A stretch of 63,874 bases of DNA, the filler included, from Stramenopiles sp. TOSAG23-2 (taxonomy: Eukaryota), in assembly GCA_900128395.1 (NCBI GenBank). It is 7 parts of 7 records of this genome, joined end to end, with 100 filler letters (N's around TTAATTAATTAA, not from the genome) between each part and the next. Parts side by side here need not be neighbours in the genome. Positions count along the whole stretch, not along the records: positions 54,872 to 63,874 come from LT650134.1; 6 more parts are not named here. One strand, written 5' to 3'. The number at the start of each line of letters is the position of its first letter. The first letter of the stretch is position 1. The position numbers and the translations under genes are program-made. Below, in pieces: positions 62,314 through 63,874 of the stretch. Below the pieces are notes generated by a model that saw nothing but the letters and a program-made list of their open reading frames with translations, had not been told where the DNA came from and searched no databases.

Positions 62314-63399
62314 ATGTGTAACAAGAAGAAGGGTGGAAAGAATGAAAAAAACACTGTTTATCTTACATCATGTGCTTCTCTATTTTTGACTTTTTTATGG
62401 TACTTTACAGAATTTTGGTATGTAAAATGGATGGTGGAGATTTTTATGCCATGTGTCTGCGCACAGACTTCTGAAATACCAGAATGGGTGACTCGTAGAA
62501 TGGCAAGTGATAATATTACCACAACAAATGTAAACAATTCAACTGGAAACTGCCTTACGTATAACGATATAATTTTTCCACAATTTACAGTTTCAAACGC
62601 GGTAAGACGGTTAAATGTTATTGACCCACCCACAACGACAGATGTCTACACAGTCAGTTGCTGGGTTAGCAAAACTTCCACTGGTTTATCTGCAATAATA
62701 ATTCGATCTGTTATGCTTGTCTCGGGACTCATGTACATTGTTATTTTATTCGGGCAATGTTGTAAAAAAAAAGAATGTTGTTTCCAAAATGAAAAAATCA
62801 AAAATATTGTTGGATGTTACAGTGTTTTTTTACTTATATTTACGTTATTATGTATAACTCGAACATCTTTTTTTATTCCATTTCTTGGGTATATTAAAGA
62901 TATGGAGGTAGGTGCTTTAGAGGAGGATCCAGATTCAAGAAAATTATTTGCAATAGAATTACAATTACGTCAACTTGTCCTACTTGTAGTCCAAAGCTTA
63001 TCTTTTTTTTGTTACATTACGTGTTGCTGTTATATGCGTTCGATGAGCCGGCAGCAAAGAGATGGTGTTGAAGAAGAAAAAGACGAGACGACGCTGCTAG
63101 AAGAAGAAAAGAAGAATATAAAAGCGTCTACAAAAACAGCTTCGTCGAAATATGTAGTTTCACAGAAGGAGGAAGAAGATGATAATGATGATGATGAAGA
63201 CGATAGTAATATTGAAGAAGATGACGAAGAAAAAAAAATCCAAGAGGAAGATATGATGCAAATTAAAGAACTGGAATCACAACTTCACAAAATAATTTCT
63301 GTTGATAATGATCAAGAATCAGAAGAAGATCTTTCTATTGAATGGATTCATCCTTTTCATGATGAACAGTCATCAGTGGATACAGATGATTGGATTTAA
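62314..63399 (+). CDS. Multi-pass membrane protein with an acidic tail, unknown function
   Basis: 361-aa ORF; about 4 hydrophobic helices; Cys clusters; D/E-rich C-terminus. Confidence 0.7.
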   Translation: MCNKKKGGKNEKNTVYLTSCASLFLTFLWYFTEFWYVKWMVEIFMPCVCAQTSEIPEWVTRRMASDNITTTNVNNSTGNCLTYNDIIFPQFTVSNAVRRLNVIDPPTTTDVYTVSCWVSKTSTGLSAIIIRSVMLVSGLMYIVILFGQCCKKKECCFQNEKIKNIVGCYSVFLLIFTLLCITRTSFFIPFLGYIKDMEVGALEEDPDSRKLFAIELQLRQLVLLVVQSLSFFCYITCCCYMRSMSRQQRDGVEEEKDETTLLEEEKKNIKASTKTASSKYVVSQKEEEDDNDDDEDDSNIEEDDEEKKIQEEDMMQIKELESQLHKIISVDNDQESEEDLSIEWIHPFHDEQSSVDTDDWI

Positions 63400-63601
63400 T
63401 AAAAAGGCAATACGCACGAATATTGTGTTATATTCTCTCTTATATGAATTATATATATATAAGGTATAAAATATTTCATAAAATAAATTTTAAATATTGA
63501 ACATAGATCCCGTTTAGTATCTTCAATATAAAAACGTGTAATATTAATAGTGTACATGTACACAGAAAAGCCTTTATTGGTGTCTCTAACAAATCAAAAT
63601 T

Positions 63602-63874
63602 TTAATCATCTTTTTTCTTGTCATCATCCTCTATCTTTGGTGGACCTTTACGTAACAAATTCAAATACCAAATACATAATGCAATATGTAATATACGAGC
63701 CAAGATAATCATAAACAAACTTGCTGGATCATGTAATGCCAAACCCGCTTGAAGAGTAGTGGAAAACCATGCAAGCCATCCCAGGTAAACTGGGCGGTTC
63801 AATCCATACCCCACTACGACCATCCAATAACGTATTTGTGAACTAGGCTTTCGTTTCCAGTGATTCAGGAAAAG
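63602..63874 (-). CDS. 5'-partial membrane protein, possibly the C-terminus of a TLC domain
   Basis: Frame open to the window edge: LFLNHWKR...GLNRPVYLGW...IALCIWYLNLLRK, resembling the TLC FLN..R / W...I.K pattern. Confidence 0.5.
   Translation of the reverse strand, partial: LFLNHWKRKPSSQIRYWMVVVGYGLNRPVYLGWLAWFSTTLQAGLALHDPASLFMIILARILHIALCIWYLNLLRKGPPKIEDDDKKKDD

Noticed and set aside
319-62633. Many short antisense or alternate-frame ORFs in the track
   Set aside because: Shadows of real genes or of low-complexity (AAT)n/(TA)n DNA.
1-63874. Alternative genetic code or ciliate-type nanochromosomes
   Set aside because: Conserved genes end in TAA, TAG and TGA and have no in-frame stops. 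No telomeric repeats at contig ends.

Overview
AT-rich eukaryotic (protist) DNA read in the standard code, with apparently intronless genes and frequent poly-Asn/Gln tracts. An epsilon-tubulin gene points to a flagellated organism; a stramenopile-like SAG/MAG is my inference only. The window is not one locus. It is seven unlinked ~9-kb contigs in decreasing size order (9068, 9064, 9057, 9040, 9033, 9009, 9003 bp), joined by 100-nt N/TTAATTAATTAA linkers, so synteny only means something within a contig. Recognisable genes: MOV10/SDE3-like helicase, Kelch-U-box ligase, cysteine synthase, COQ2, two kinases, a GT2 synthase, the 3' end of an NDP-glucose 4,6-dehydratase, epsilon-tubulin, an EF-hand protein, a PhyH dioxygenase and a sulfatase. 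Contig 4 (27490-36529) is the most unusual. It carries (i) a TM + J-like + ankyrin + ClpB-type AAA+ fusion protein, (ii) a CCCTG-terminated element with an 11-unit, ~34-bp-period repeat array and a TPR gene fragment, and (iii) a giant-virus-like gene fragment next to a second, inverted array of a related repeat. Three dispersed repeat families and TACG/CGTA micro-motifs sit downstream of stop codons, while different GC-rich motif clusters mark upstream/divergent regions. Several exact tandem duplications and abrupt junctions look like assembly or amplification artefacts.
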